A DNA stretch of 64,000 nucleotides from a virus, in IMG/VR virus record IMGVR_UViG_3300026521_000151, positions 3,627 to 67,626 of that record. The stretch is one strand, 5' to 3'. The notes below the pieces were generated by a model. It was not told the DNA's origin. It worked only from the letters and a program-made list of their open reading frames with translations, and did no database searches. Positions within the stretch are counted from its first letter, which is position 1. Every line of letters begins with the position of its first letter. This document shows, piece by piece, positions 47,801 through 58,503 of the stretch. Position numbers and translations under genes: made by a program.

Positions 47801-50800
47801 TGATATTACTTACACTGACGATAAAGCTACTAAAAGTAACAACACAGAGCTAATGAATAGTTTAGACCTTTACACTGCGATAGGTAAAGCCTCTACTAAT
47901 TATTTAAAAGATGTTAAAGCTTATAGAAAAGAATTAGCAAGTATTTTAAAGTTATCTGCTGATGTTGAAAAACATGATTTAGCTCTAACTAAAAAGAACT
48001 TTAATAAACAAGCACCTAATGGGCTTAAAAACTTTATACAAGATGCTAAAAGTTACACAGAGGTTGTAACAAAACTTTCAGGTAAATTAGTGGAACTACA
48101 AAAAGAGAAAGCACAAGCAACTAACAAAACTGATAAAGACAATATTGATAAAAAAATAAACTCTGTCAAAGCAACTCTTAACATAGCTAAAGAAAGAGTT
48201 AATATAGACGGTACACAAATACAAATTAGAAAGAAATTAAACGTAGCTACTATTGATTACTATAAACAATATAAAGAAAAACTTGATAGTACTTATGTAG
48301 CGTTAACTAAATATAAACAAGTTAGTGCAGATATAGCTAATATAGAAAAACTCAGAGTTCAAGGTAAAATTACCTCTAAACAAGCTAATGAGTTAACACA
48401 ATTAGCTGAAAGAGATAGGTTAGAAAAAGACTATCTTAAACTATTACAAGGTAAAGGCAACTTGTCTTCAGGTGATTTATTAAGTAAATTAGATAGTTTA
48501 AACAATGGTTATTCTGCTATCAACACAAAAGGTAAATACACTGATAGAGTAAATCAAACATCGGACGCAAGTACTACTGTTTATAACAAAGCTATCGGTA
48601 ACTTTATGTCTAATGATTTGAGTTCTATTATTGAAGCAAGAAATAAAGAGATAGAACAAATCAAATTCAAAACTTTATTAGGTGAGAAATTAACTAAAAA
48701 AGAAAAAGAAAAATTAGATATTTTAGAAAAAGAAAACAAAGCAGACAAAGAGAAACTCTTAGAGAACAACTTACTTAAAGCAAGTGTAATGGCAACAGCT
48801 GATGTATTTACTAAATTAGGTACAGGTCAGTATAAAAATATAAAGTCATTCCTTAAAGATTTAGGTAATCAAATAACTCAAAGTATCACGAGTTCTTTAA
48901 TGCAAAGCTTTACAAGTTCTGTTATAGATAGTTTAACACAAAGTACCACTAAAGCCGCGGTAAATAGTGCTACACAAAGTGCTGAGAGTGGTGCTACAAC
49001 CTCTATAATGGGTACTGGTCAAAGTAGAGTAGGTAGAGCTATGGTTGCTTATGGTGCAGGTAACATAGCAGGTAGTATAGGTGATACTATTACAGGTACA
49101 AAAACAAAAGCGGGGCAATATGCTGGTTTAGGTGCAGGTACTGCAATGTTATTTGGTGCTACACCTCAAACTGCCGCCGCGATAGGTGTAGCAGGTTTAA
49201 TATATGGAGGTATGAAAGGCTCTAAGGCTTTAAAAGATAGTGGTGTTAGTTTTAGTAGTGGTAGTTCAAATGCTACAAGTGGTTTAGACACATTTAAAGA
49301 CTATAAAAGGTCATCTTGGTTTGGTGATAAAGCTTGGACTGAATATGAAACAGCTTCGTACGGTATTGTAAAACAAACACAAGATTTATTCAAAACTTAT
49401 GGTTATTTAAAAGATAAATTAGGTGCTGGTTCAGATATTTATATACAAGCAGGGGATTATAATAATGGTGAGTTAGCTAAAGAATTCACTAAACAATTAT
49501 TAAAACCTTTTACAAATAACTACGATAAAGTAGCAGATGAATGGGCTGATTATGCTGATAAAACAGACACAGACTTAAATCAATTAATAACAGAAAGTAT
49601 GAGTAATTACTTTGCTGAGTTAGACAAAGTGAAACAAGCATACTACAAATCAATAAATGATAGTGTAGCAGGGGCTAAATTAGCTTTAACAAATGCTACT
49701 AAGGACTTAGACTACTATAAAGAATACTTAAATGTTGATGATGTGACATTAAAGAATTATGAGAGTTTATATAAAGCACAAATGAAAACAAACCCTACAC
49801 CTGACACTATTGAGAATTGGAATCAGTTAGGTGACGCTTTAATTGCGGCACAAGAGGCAGAGAAAACTTACTATGACACATTAAGACAACAAACGTATGA
49901 TGATAATTTGTTTGCCCAATCGTGGTCAAATTATGTTAATCAACAATTAGTAGATTATTCAAATAGTATTATTAGTGTATTTAACAGTATTTTAAATAGT
50001 TTAAATGACTTAAGAAATAGTTGGCAAGATGACACAGCTACTAACTATACTGACAGTGTTAAGACTTATTTAGAATCAAAAGATACTTTATTAGGTATGT
50101 ATGATGATAAAGGTAATTTGAAAGATACCTATAAAGCCGAGGATGTACAAAAAGTATATAATGACTTTATATCTGCTTCAAACGCTTTGAAGAGTTCATC
50201 AGATGATTTAATAAACTTTGATACACAAGACTTAACACAACAAATAGCATTGTCTGATATTGACCAAATATCTAACCTAACTACAAACTTAGATACAGTA
50301 ATGAAAGTTAATGTAGTAGGTAATGACGCTAATTTAGCTGTTAGTGACGACTTGAGTCCTATCCAACAGTCATTAATGACGTTAGAAGAGTATAAATACT
50401 TAACTCCTGATGATATAACAGACGTTGATAAAACATTAAAAGATGTAGTAGACGGTGTTGCTGGAGTTGCTGATAATGTTGATTCAGACAAAGATAGTAC
50501 AGCTGATTTCTTAACTAAGGTTGAGGATGCTATTAATATATTGAAAGAGGCTAACATAGTTGAGGCAGGGACAACACAAGACACAATAAACTTATTAAAA
50601 GATAGTGAGGTAATTAATGCGTCTGATATAACGTTAGCGACTGATAATTCTACAGAGGATATTAAGAATGCTTTAAGTATTTTACAAGATACGGAAACAA
50701 GTAATCTAACTGACATTCAAAATGCTACTGAATTAATTAGTGGTAATGGCGAGTATGACTTAGACACTGTAAGAGCTTCAATTAAGAGCTTAGAGGATAA

Positions 50801-52463
50801 TGAGGATATTAATTCTGATGATATAAACACAGCAGTAAATAACTTAACTGACGCAACTAACATTAATTTAGACGACGTACAAAATGCTATCACTATTCTT
50901 AATAATGACCAAAATGATTTATTAGACAGTGGTGGTATTAGTGTAGCTGACGCCTTAGCATATTTGACTGATGATAATGGTGTGAACTTAGAAGATGTGA
51001 AAGTAGCCTCATCAACATTAACAAGTGTAAATGGTTTAGATGATAACTTACCAATATCTATTGCTAAAGATGATATAGGGTTATCGTTAGATAGCACGTT
51101 AGGTGATGTATCTACTTACACACAAGCAACAGCAGAGGCATTAGGTGCTAATAAAGATATTACTTGGGATAATGTTACATTTGATAGTAATCTTTACACA
51201 GATGAACAGAAGAAAAATATCATTGACACCTTAGGTATTACTAATCAAGATGATTTAACAAGTACTTTACAAGATTTAAGTAACATTAAATATAGTGGTG
51301 GTGATTATCTTAGTCAGTTATCCGTGAATGATGCTAACAACTTAATATCTGAAATAAACAAACTAAATCTTGACCCTACATCAATTTCAGGGTTAGATTC
51401 ATTATCTATGGCTAATTTAGATATGTCAGGTGTGGATGTTAGTAGTTTAGGTTATACAAGTTTAAGTGCAAATAATGTAGAAAGTTCAGTATATTCAGGG
51501 AATCCTGAGATTAAGGATTTAACAGATGGTGGTCTAATCTCATTATCTAAAACTAACAATGTCTTAGATACATTCAACAACTTAGACTCAGCTATAAATT
51601 ATGATTTGTATGATACCTTAGGTAATTATATGACAGATGAAGATTATAGTAAATTGAGTGATTATTATAACGATAAGTCTTCATATATAAATGATAATGT
51701 AATTCAAGAATCTATAGATTTTTTACATTTATTAGACGCCCCTTTGGTTGATACACATAATTCTTGGAAAACTGCGTCTAATTTATTAGCACTATCTAAT
51801 TTAGACACCGACGGTGATTACTCTGCTTGGTTAGACGCATTAAAGTTATTACCTGAAGATACAAAAATAAGTTATACTAATGGTTATAATCAAGACGACA
51901 GTATGACAGTAAAAGATATTTTAAATAAATATCCTGACGCACTTAGTTGGGCTGACCAACAAATACATAATAGATACTCTCCACAATTTGCAGATAATGC
52001 CCAAGAGTTTTTGAATAAATACTTGCAGGGGTTTTTAGGAGATACAACTCGTTATTTTTATAACAAGTATGCTTCACAGGGTTATGCTAATGGAGGTTAC
52101 ACAGGTATAGGTCAAGGGTACGCAGATGAAACGGGTGAAACCGTAGCAGGGATTGTGCACGCAGGTGAATGGGTTGCCCCAAAATGGATGGTACAACAAG
52201 TACCAGAGTTATTTGCAAGTTTAGAGGGTGCAAGAAAGAATAAAAGTATAAACAATAATACCTATGCTAACGGAGGTTTTACTGATTTACTATTAGATAA
52301 ATCAACACCAATACAACCTATTGTTTATAACAGCACTACTGATTTAACAGAAACAAATAATATAATGAAAGAACAATTATATTACCAAATAAAAATGTAT
52401 AAAATTTTAGATAGAATTGATAGAAATGGTGTTGGGACTTACACAGTTTCAGCTCCTGCTTAA
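44871..52463 (+). CDS. Tape measure protein
   Basis: 2530 aa; TP901-like core (LGRAG, GVNASTIGTSV); Gly/Ala-rich hydrophobic stretch; C-terminal YANGGYTG..VAGIVHAGEWV. Confidence 0.9.
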   Translation: MFNNDNNKVKIDLGVDFSLLGEKSAEEAFYKLQGKAKTLTAELLKLQQIASNTESFKKYDLGITALAEDLGKLAIDSKNVDLTSVAKEVAYLESVTKSLTKQLTTMSTAVESDVTKSIDVLSNKFTLLNKQLITFKSQNNNLLPDNMKQSLTTRETQLNKFISTIHNYKKELINLQKVYDNSLNNGDSNGAKQTLQSIESIKSKIKELNKDYTIYNSRVRDSIKQAKDSIVVDKDKLNYLTRYKKGLIELERQYKVLESFKGYKDVVVDDSMLLNSKKHITDLNALIKDTDNLSMDDLLSGYNKLDHAIKSIKQNVKDLAPALTKQDSLKIINDYEKKLANLQKTINNRSHLAPDESIKKSREYVVSLEKEINRLKKAYQSETTAFLKSGHTHNSTLIEAKKNVNSLNKDIAVLTEGLNKQSHTKFFGEIAKRATVYMGLFQTISFIQNTLANGVRFIAEYDGALHKLQAVMGVSNQEAKSLEQTFMQLGQTFGGSLESINKVALDLGRAGIASKDLADATKVTIQMALLTGDTYEVSTQAIVGYYTTFGKMVAEQYNGANAMEVIGNKLAKIANDSRLTTQDIATSGNYLLQMTKNVGASIDMVGALQVALSNAGVNASTIGTSVSRFFTILKSGSKDTKDLFFQLGINTKNFVADLKKGGKVGKDAFNQFLIKLKQVDKVKFDNLTSNLQILDQKALLGVYNNVDAIIEEFKTLGETSAGELDSASIIANSYVNIWERFKNLLGEIATKIKPVTDIAVKGLQSAGWVASLAMNPNQTLDKYNIAQKATDITTKEQELKRLEALQKVTGNYTDEIRNLKLELISLKQQLKFLNNSFSTKTVIADTNKEFSAYSKYDSVTKGVETTQDITNMSRRFLANNKADELAKYLDILHTKNEKVYDKVMNALLSKAKTDETFGSMFKSALGVSNDFLNYSMKFQELLGKYAMSNKANANNLQTLAPNMNLDVSKKGTFVGYNDITYTDDKATKSNNTELMNSLDLYTAIGKASTNYLKDVKAYRKELASILKLSADVEKHDLALTKKNFNKQAPNGLKNFIQDAKSYTEVVTKLSGKLVELQKEKAQATNKTDKDNIDKKINSVKATLNIAKERVNIDGTQIQIRKKLNVATIDYYKQYKEKLDSTYVALTKYKQVSADIANIEKLRVQGKITSKQANELTQLAERDRLEKDYLKLLQGKGNLSSGDLLSKLDSLNNGYSAINTKGKYTDRVNQTSDASTTVYNKAIGNFMSNDLSSIIEARNKEIEQIKFKTLLGEKLTKKEKEKLDILEKENKADKEKLLENNLLKASVMATADVFTKLGTGQYKNIKSFLKDLGNQITQSITSSLMQSFTSSVIDSLTQSTTKAAVNSATQSAESGATTSIMGTGQSRVGRAMVAYGAGNIAGSIGDTITGTKTKAGQYAGLGAGTAMLFGATPQTAAAIGVAGLIYGGMKGSKALKDSGVSFSSGSSNATSGLDTFKDYKRSSWFGDKAWTEYETASYGIVKQTQDLFKTYGYLKDKLGAGSDIYIQAGDYNNGELAKEFTKQLLKPFTNNYDKVADEWADYADKTDTDLNQLITESMSNYFAELDKVKQAYYKSINDSVAGAKLALTNATKDLDYYKEYLNVDDVTLKNYESLYKAQMKTNPTPDTIENWNQLGDALIAAQEAEKTYYDTLRQQTYDDNLFAQSWSNYVNQQLVDYSNSIISVFNSILNSLNDLRNSWQDDTATNYTDSVKTYLESKDTLLGMYDDKGNLKDTYKAEDVQKVYNDFISASNALKSSSDDLINFDTQDLTQQIALSDIDQISNLTTNLDTVMKVNVVGNDANLAVSDDLSPIQQSLMTLEEYKYLTPDDITDVDKTLKDVVDGVAGVADNVDSDKDSTADFLTKVEDAINILKEANIVEAGTTQDTINLLKDSEVINASDITLATDNSTEDIKNALSILQDTETSNLTDIQNATELISGNGEYDLDTVRASIKSLEDNEDINSDDINTAVNNLTDATNINLDDVQNAITILNNDQNDLLDSGGISVADALAYLTDDNGVNLEDVKVASSTLTSVNGLDDNLPISIAKDDIGLSLDSTLGDVSTYTQATAEALGANKDITWDNVTFDSNLYTDEQKKNIIDTLGITNQDDLTSTLQDLSNIKYSGGDYLSQLSVNDANNLISEINKLNLDPTSISGLDSLSMANLDMSGVDVSSLGYTSLSANNVESSVYSGNPEIKDLTDGGLISLSKTNNVLDTFNNLDSAINYDLYDTLGNYMTDEDYSKLSDYYNDKSSYINDNVIQESIDFLHLLDAPLVDTHNSWKTASNLLALSNLDTDGDYSAWLDALKLLPEDTKISYTNGYNQDDSMTVKDILNKYPDALSWADQQIHNRYSPQFADNAQEFLNKYLQGFLGDTTRYFYNKYASQGYANGGYTGIGQGYADETGETVAGIVHAGEWVAPKWMVQQVPELFASLEGARKNKSINNNTYANGGFTDLLLDKSTPIQPIVYNSTTDLTETNNIMKEQLYYQIKMYKILDRIDRNGVGTYTVSAPA

Positions 52464-52482
52464 TAAAGGAGGATAAAATAAA

Positions 52483-53673
52483 GTGAATATATTATTAGAA
52501 AAAGGTAGGAGTGAGTTTTCTAACTCCTCTCTATTTTATGAGATAGAAATTTATGACGAAGATAATACATATGATGACGGAGATGAAGTTATCTACTTAA
52601 AAGACGGGCACAAATACACTTCTAAAAAGGATGGAAATGATGACCCTCTTGATGATGATGATAGTTGGGATGATAATGGGGAATGGGATAAAGTTTATAT
52701 CTATGATTTTTGGGAAAATGGGAAAGAGTACAACAAATTAGATTTAGTAAGGTCTGGTTCACACGGTTACCAATCATTAGTAAGTAATAACACAAAACCA
52801 TTAGATAACACCGAGTATTGGAATGATTTAGGTGAGGATAAATACTATCACACAATATGGGATAGTAGCACATCTTATAGTACAGATGATATAGTTATCT
52901 ACAAAAAAGATGATGATTTCTATTACTTATTTCAATCTATGAAAGATGATAACGATAGTGAGCCAACTACTAATATAGATTGGTATGAACTAACAACTCA
53001 AAATGCTTACAAAGCTTTTGATATTTATCTAAATACACACACAACAGCAAAAGATAGTTTATCAATTTGGTTAGACTTAACTAAGTGTAATTACACTGCT
53101 TTATTATCTTTATTAGGTGAGAAAATAAGAATACGTGCATACTCTTCAAGTATGGAAAAATTAGATGATATTGAGATAGACTTAGTAACTAACATAGAAG
53201 GTTGGGAGGACTATTTTTATGGAGATTTAGATGAGTTTTTAAGTAGTGTGTTTGAGGATATAACATATTCTTATACAGGTTATCTTAGAGTAGATTTAAC
53301 AGGTTCACAAAATCCTATATTATTAGGTAAAGCCTTAGTTGGCTATAAAAAAGAATTAGGTGCTACTTTATTAGGATTAAGAGGAAGTATAACCGACTAT
53401 TCTACAAAAGAAACAGATGATTATGGAAATATATATTTGAAACAAGGAGCTTATGCTATCGAGAGTTCAGGTAGAATAATGGTAGATAATAATAACTTAG
53501 ATTATCTATTTAGAAAGTTAGCAAGTTTAAGAGCTACACCTGTGTTGTGGTTGAGTGGGGCAGAAGATACATACAAAACATTAAATACATATGGTTACTA
53601 CAAAGATTTTAGTATCATATTCGATAACAATGTTACATCAACTTGTGATTTGACAATACAAGGTATTATATGA
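52483..53673 (+). CDS. Tail tip protein with CBM5/12-like repeats
   Basis: Three W/Y-x5-Y-x3-D-x-V/I repeats each ending in W; C-terminal ITDYSTKETDDYGN domain. Confidence 0.6.
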   Translation: MNILLEKGRSEFSNSSLFYEIEIYDEDNTYDDGDEVIYLKDGHKYTSKKDGNDDPLDDDDSWDDNGEWDKVYIYDFWENGKEYNKLDLVRSGSHGYQSLVSNNTKPLDNTEYWNDLGEDKYYHTIWDSSTSYSTDDIVIYKKDDDFYYLFQSMKDDNDSEPTTNIDWYELTTQNAYKAFDIYLNTHTTAKDSLSIWLDLTKCNYTALLSLLGEKIRIRAYSSSMEKLDDIEIDLVTNIEGWEDYFYGDLDEFLSSVFEDITYSYTGYLRVDLTGSQNPILLGKALVGYKKELGATLLGLRGSITDYSTKETDDYGNIYLKQGAYAIESSGRIMVDNNNLDYLFRKLASLRATPVLWLSGAEDTYKTLNTYGYYKDFSIIFDNNVTSTCDLTIQGII

Positions 53674-53703
53674 TGAATATAAAAGATATAGAAGGATTAA
53701 TAA

Positions 53704-56700
53704 ATGGCTAAAATAAATCAAAAAATAAGTACTTTACCTGATGTTAAAGATAGAAGAGATGCGGATTTCATACAATCTGCTGATACTTTCTTAGACATCT
53801 TACCTAATTTTAGTAGTGAATTAGATACATTCGGTGCAGAGGCAAATAACCTTAGGGATGAAGTAAATGATTTACAAGAAGCTACTAAGAGTTATAGAGA
53901 TGAGGCTTACAAAAAAGCGGAAGAAGCAAAAGCAGTAGTTATTCCAGAGGAGGCTACGTATAGTGAAGAAGAAATAGAGTTAAGAGCTTTAACAATAGGT
54001 GAAGCTCAATTTAAAGCTTTACAAGAACAAAGAAAAAAAGAATATGCTGGAAGTGGTTTTGTTGAATGGGGTAACAACCCAGTGCATATACCTTTGATAA
54101 ACCAATCAATGTATGTTCATTATGATGATTGGAAATCAATGTATATGACTTACGGTGGGTTAACAGAGTTAAATATAAATGGTGATTTAATAAGATTAGT
54201 AAGTATTAATTATGCTGGGGCTTCAAACAAAATAGGACTACCAAACCCAACTACTTCATTATTCACAATCACTAACTCAACTTCATTAAATGGAGATATG
54301 AAACAAGGTGATTTCGCTATCTTAAAAGATTTAGATAGAGAATTAGTTACTAATGGAACTTTTGATGATAACATTGATGGTTGGGTTTTTAATCAGTGTG
54401 ATGGGTCATATGATGACGATAATAATAGAATGAAAGTTGAGTGTACAGATGAATACTCTGTTATACTACAAAATGACGATAATAGAAAACATTTGATTAA
54501 AGATATTAAATATTTGATTAAGGTAAAAGTCGATACTGATGAAAATCCTGACGATATGGTATTTTTAGAGTATTCATCAGGACCAGCAACTTATCATCAT
54601 TTTAATTTTGATAGTAACGGTAATGGTGTATTAGAGTTTATTCCTAAATCAACATTTAATGCTTATAAATTTTTTATTCCTCATAAAAAAGATAAAGTAT
54701 ACTATCTAGACAATATCTCAATCAAACAAGTAGAAGAACAGCCTATTGTATCATTACAAGACACAACAGAAGGTATCGATGTTTATGAAAACTCTTCATT
54801 ATTTGAAGCAAGAGATAGTGTATCGAGACAAGACTTAGTATTCTTAGAATCATTTGAAGTTGATGTAACTACGAGATTAGCTTACCCATTTGGTAATACA
54901 CAATATAGAGGTGGTAATGTTGATAGACTATCTGGTATTGGTGAAGGTGATTTTGAAGGTGCTGATACTTACTCATTATTTGGTAATTGGCAACAACCTG
55001 GAGATTTAGTAGGGAAAGGCTATAAATGGGACGACCTTAGCATTGAAGACAAGATTAAATTTGTTAGTAATCCAGAACATAATGTATATCTTAGTAAAGA
55101 TGGTAAGTTTATCCAAGTTCAATACAGAATTAGAGTTGTTAAAGGTTTAGGTAATGAATGGAGTAATATAGATCCTCAAATTATACATGGAAGATTAACT
55201 TACGATAGTAGTGCCAATAACAGAGTTCAAGTAAAAGGTTGGTTAAATAATATAAGTAATGATACAGGAAAATATAATGAGTTTACCTCGTTAGGAGAAT
55301 TTTATAATGAACCTTCTTATTATGAAATAGAAAACGGTATTTTTAAAAATAATGCAAGTGATTTAGACGACGAAAACAAAGTATTTGCTCTCCCGATAGC
55401 ACTTGTTCAAAGGGTAAACGATGGAATTTTTCATAAAATCTATAACCTGCAAGGAACAGCTTATCTAATCAATGACAATGGTGATGACTTAGTACCATTC
55501 GAAGAATTTGCTTTAGATAATACATACATCACAAGCTTAGAAGATTGCTTTAACATTTCTAAAATTGCTTATAAAGATAGTGACGGGAATTATGTTAAGG
55601 GAGATGATGATTCTGCTGTAACGAGAACAGGAACTATCGCAAGTGCTATTACTGCTAATGAGAGTGGTAGATACTCTGACGAGATTAATGAAATGGATGT
55701 TGAAGATTTAAGAATGTCAGCACATAAAAAAGTGTTAAAAGAGATACACGATGTTGAAAGAATGACTGACATAAATGGTAAGAGAAGAGGTAAGGAAACA
55801 TCTACTTATTTTAATGGAAATATAGATTTAACTGATAAAACTGAGTGGAAACATTACCCTAATGATATTGAAGATATTACTTACTTATCAGAGAAAACTC
55901 ACCAATTCAACAACACACTAATACAAACAGACATCATTGGAGATCCAAGAAAACTATCAGATAGGATTGAATATACGGTAACAGATACAGATGAAACTAT
56001 TTCAATTCATAAAAATGAATATATTAAATGTGATGACGATACAAATAATGGTGGTACAACAGGACATTTATATAGATTATTAGCTGGTGATATAAGTAAT
56101 ATCCATAGTAACTCAACTGATGGTGATGCGAATACAGAAGATGGTCATATTGATTTCTCTGATACTGATGTATGGTTAGACTTAGGTGATGATTTAACTA
56201 CAGGCGGGTATAAAGATGAGTGGTTAGAGAAAGGTTTTAATGGAACCCCTTTGATTGTTGGAGAGAATGGTGAGAGTTTACTACCTATTGCTGTTGGAAT
56301 ATATGACGACACAGCTTTAAAAATAAAAGTTATTAAAAAATATGTAAATTATTATAAGTTGTATGTATCTGATAAAAATGGTAATTTTATTAACTACAGT
56401 AAAGGTGACTTACATAATCAAAATAAATATAATGTAAATAATACATTAAATGTTTATTACATAAATATAAATAATTCTTATTCAGATTTAGGTTATGATT
56501 CAGAACAAGAAATGTTAGATTTAATGAAAGTAGTTGTTATATATGAAACACAAACAAATACTATGGAATTAGCCAATAATAGTAAAGTGTTAGATGTTTA
56601 TCCGATGGCTGAAAAAGGTTATAGTAGTGATATAAACGAAGGTGTTTTTGTTACAAGTAATTTAATAAATAAGATACCTACTAATGGTATTATGTCAATA

Positions 56701-57039
56701 AATACTGAAAGTCAAACACTAACATTTACAAAAGTATCAGATAATACCTTAGATGGAGGTGGTGTTATGATACCTAAAAATAATTCATTCGATTTTAGTA
56801 ATTCATCACATATGCCACAAATCAAACAATTCACATACTTAACACAAGAAAACAACAGGCTTTATTTACAGTATGTATTTAAAGAACTTAAATATGATGA
56901 TGATACACATACTTGGGGTGATGATAATAAATTCCAAATAGTAAGTAATGTATCAACAACAACTGATGACAATGGAAATACAGTATTATACGGACAAAAA
57001 AGAATTCCATTACCTTATTTCTACAACGAGGAGGATTAA
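53704..57039 (+). CDS. Tail fibre / receptor-binding protein
   Basis: 1111 aa; coiled N-terminus, ELVTNGTFDDNIDGW carbohydrate-binding-like module; position. Confidence 0.7.
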   Translation: MAKINQKISTLPDVKDRRDADFIQSADTFLDILPNFSSELDTFGAEANNLRDEVNDLQEATKSYRDEAYKKAEEAKAVVIPEEATYSEEEIELRALTIGEAQFKALQEQRKKEYAGSGFVEWGNNPVHIPLINQSMYVHYDDWKSMYMTYGGLTELNINGDLIRLVSINYAGASNKIGLPNPTTSLFTITNSTSLNGDMKQGDFAILKDLDRELVTNGTFDDNIDGWVFNQCDGSYDDDNNRMKVECTDEYSVILQNDDNRKHLIKDIKYLIKVKVDTDENPDDMVFLEYSSGPATYHHFNFDSNGNGVLEFIPKSTFNAYKFFIPHKKDKVYYLDNISIKQVEEQPIVSLQDTTEGIDVYENSSLFEARDSVSRQDLVFLESFEVDVTTRLAYPFGNTQYRGGNVDRLSGIGEGDFEGADTYSLFGNWQQPGDLVGKGYKWDDLSIEDKIKFVSNPEHNVYLSKDGKFIQVQYRIRVVKGLGNEWSNIDPQIIHGRLTYDSSANNRVQVKGWLNNISNDTGKYNEFTSLGEFYNEPSYYEIENGIFKNNASDLDDENKVFALPIALVQRVNDGIFHKIYNLQGTAYLINDNGDDLVPFEEFALDNTYITSLEDCFNISKIAYKDSDGNYVKGDDDSAVTRTGTIASAITANESGRYSDEINEMDVEDLRMSAHKKVLKEIHDVERMTDINGKRRGKETSTYFNGNIDLTDKTEWKHYPNDIEDITYLSEKTHQFNNTLIQTDIIGDPRKLSDRIEYTVTDTDETISIHKNEYIKCDDDTNNGGTTGHLYRLLAGDISNIHSNSTDGDANTEDGHIDFSDTDVWLDLGDDLTTGGYKDEWLEKGFNGTPLIVGENGESLLPIAVGIYDDTALKIKVIKKYVNYYKLYVSDKNGNFINYSKGDLHNQNKYNVNNTLNVYYININNSYSDLGYDSEQEMLDLMKVVVIYETQTNTMELANNSKVLDVYPMAEKGYSSDINEGVFVTSNLINKIPTNGIMSINTESQTLTFTKVSDNTLDGGGVMIPKNNSFDFSNSSHMPQIKQFTYLTQENNRLYLQYVFKELKYDDDTHTWGDDNKFQIVSNVSTTTDDNGNTVLYGQKRIPLPYFYNEED

Positions 57040-57040
57040 T

Positions 57041-57694
57041 ATGAGTAATCATAATAACTACAAGATCAAAGAAGATTTAGACAGAGTTGTAACTAATAAG
57101 AAACCAGAAAGTGTTATAAAAACTTTCTTTGTTTCTTACAAACAAGGTTTAGCATATCAAGAATTTATAGATAGTGTAAGGGTAGAATATAATGAAAAAT
57201 ACCCTAATGATATTAATTATTTAGTTTATGATAAGCTAAAAACTATTATTGACGAAAATGGTGAAGAGCAGTCAATACCTGATATAGATAATCCTAATGA
57301 CTTACCTTTAAAACCTACATTTAATTTATGTTTACAAGGAGTATTAGAGCATTACACAGACCCCGTAATATCAGACGAAGAGTTTAATGAATTCTATAAA
57401 CCTTATAAGAGAGAGTTATTAAACAAACAAAGAGATGAGGAAGTTGCTAACTTAACTATTGACCTTACTTTAAACGATGAAGTAGTACCTTTTGACGCAG
57501 ATGAAGTATCACAACTTAGAATTACAAGAGCTTTACAAGTGTTAGAGGATGATGATGACACATTAGATTGGATTGATGCAAATGGTGATATTAGAACACT
57601 CACAAAAGCACAAATCAATGAAGGACTTAAATTAGCAAGTTATAAGCAATCAAATATCTTTATGCGTTATGCTAAGTTAAAGGAAGAATTATGA
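57041..57694 (+). CDS. Tail fibre assembly protein (DUF4376-like C-terminus)
   Basis: FDADEVSQLRI...WIDANG..RTLT; start re-called after GAGGA. Confidence 0.65.
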   Translation: MSNHNNYKIKEDLDRVVTNKKPESVIKTFFVSYKQGLAYQEFIDSVRVEYNEKYPNDINYLVYDKLKTIIDENGEEQSIPDIDNPNDLPLKPTFNLCLQGVLEHYTDPVISDEEFNEFYKPYKRELLNKQRDEEVANLTIDLTLNDEVVPFDADEVSQLRITRALQVLEDDDDTLDWIDANGDIRTLTKAQINEGLKLASYKQSNIFMRYAKLKEEL

Positions 57695-58047
57695 AAAAAT
57701 TAGCTATATTAAGTTTGATTTTGTTACTCCCTATTACATTTTTATTTGCAGAAACTAACAATTTCTTAGATAAAGACTTTTGGGAAAGTAAAGACAAACA
57801 AGAACACTTCGGAGGTTCTTTTGTTTTATCAAGTGTTATAGTCCCTGAATTATACAAAAGTTTATCAGAAACAAAACCAACGAAAACAGAGGTGTTTCTA
57901 ATATCTGTAGGCTCAACTATGTTAATAGGCTGGGCTAAGGAAGTTCGTGACGGGCAAGGTTATGGTAATAAAGATATAAATGACTTAGACGCAGATGTAT
58001 TAGGTGCTTTATTAGGTGCATTTGTTAATATCACAATTAGGTGGTGA
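57691..58047 (+). CDS. YfiM/DUF2279-like membrane protein
   Basis: Signal peptide, DKQEHF, GWAKEVRD, DLDADVLGALLG. Confidence 0.6.
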   Translation: MKKLAILSLILLLPITFLFAETNNFLDKDFWESKDKQEHFGGSFVLSSVIVPELYKSLSETKPTKTEVFLISVGSTMLIGWAKEVRDGQGYGNKDINDLDADVLGALLGAFVNITIRW

Positions 58048-58048
58048 T

Positions 58049-58492
58049 GTGGAACATAAAGTTATAGTAGCCTTTTACAAAGCTAATCAACCTAAGGCTA
58101 CTATCTTTGATAAATTAATAGCTTGGTACACAGGAGGAGCTTATTCACACGTAGAACTAATTATTGGTAGTATTATGTACTCATCATCAAGTAGAGATGG
58201 AGGTGTTAGGTGTAAAACACATAGTTTTGACAGTGATGTTTGGGACTACATACAGATAGAGGTAGACAATATAACAGAAATCTTATTATTTTATTCTCTA
58301 ACTGAGAATGCTAAATATGATTGGTTAGGTGTGTTTAGATTTTTAAACCCTATTATTAAACAAAACCATGAGAAGTATTTTTGTAGTGAGTGGGTAACTA
58401 ATGCACTACAACGTGTAAACAAACAAATGTTAAAAGTAAAACCTGAAAATATAAGTCCAAACGGTTTATATAAATTATTAAAACAGAGATGA
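58049..58492 (+). CDS. Permuted papain-like (NlpC/P60 clan) protein
   Basis: YSHVEL precedes KYDWLG and KYFCSEW; GTG start after GGTG. Confidence 0.65.
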   Translation: MEHKVIVAFYKANQPKATIFDKLIAWYTGGAYSHVELIIGSIMYSSSSRDGGVRCKTHSFDSDVWDYIQIEVDNITEILLFYSLTENAKYDWLGVFRFLNPIIKQNHEKYFCSEWVTNALQRVNKQMLKVKPENISPNGLYKLLKQR

Positions 58493-58503
58493 AAGAGTAA
58501 GAA

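Noticed and set aside
53704-57694. Diversity-generating retroelement or invertible tail-fibre cassette
   Set aside because: No reverse transcriptase, TR/VR pair, invertase or duplicated fibre ends seen.
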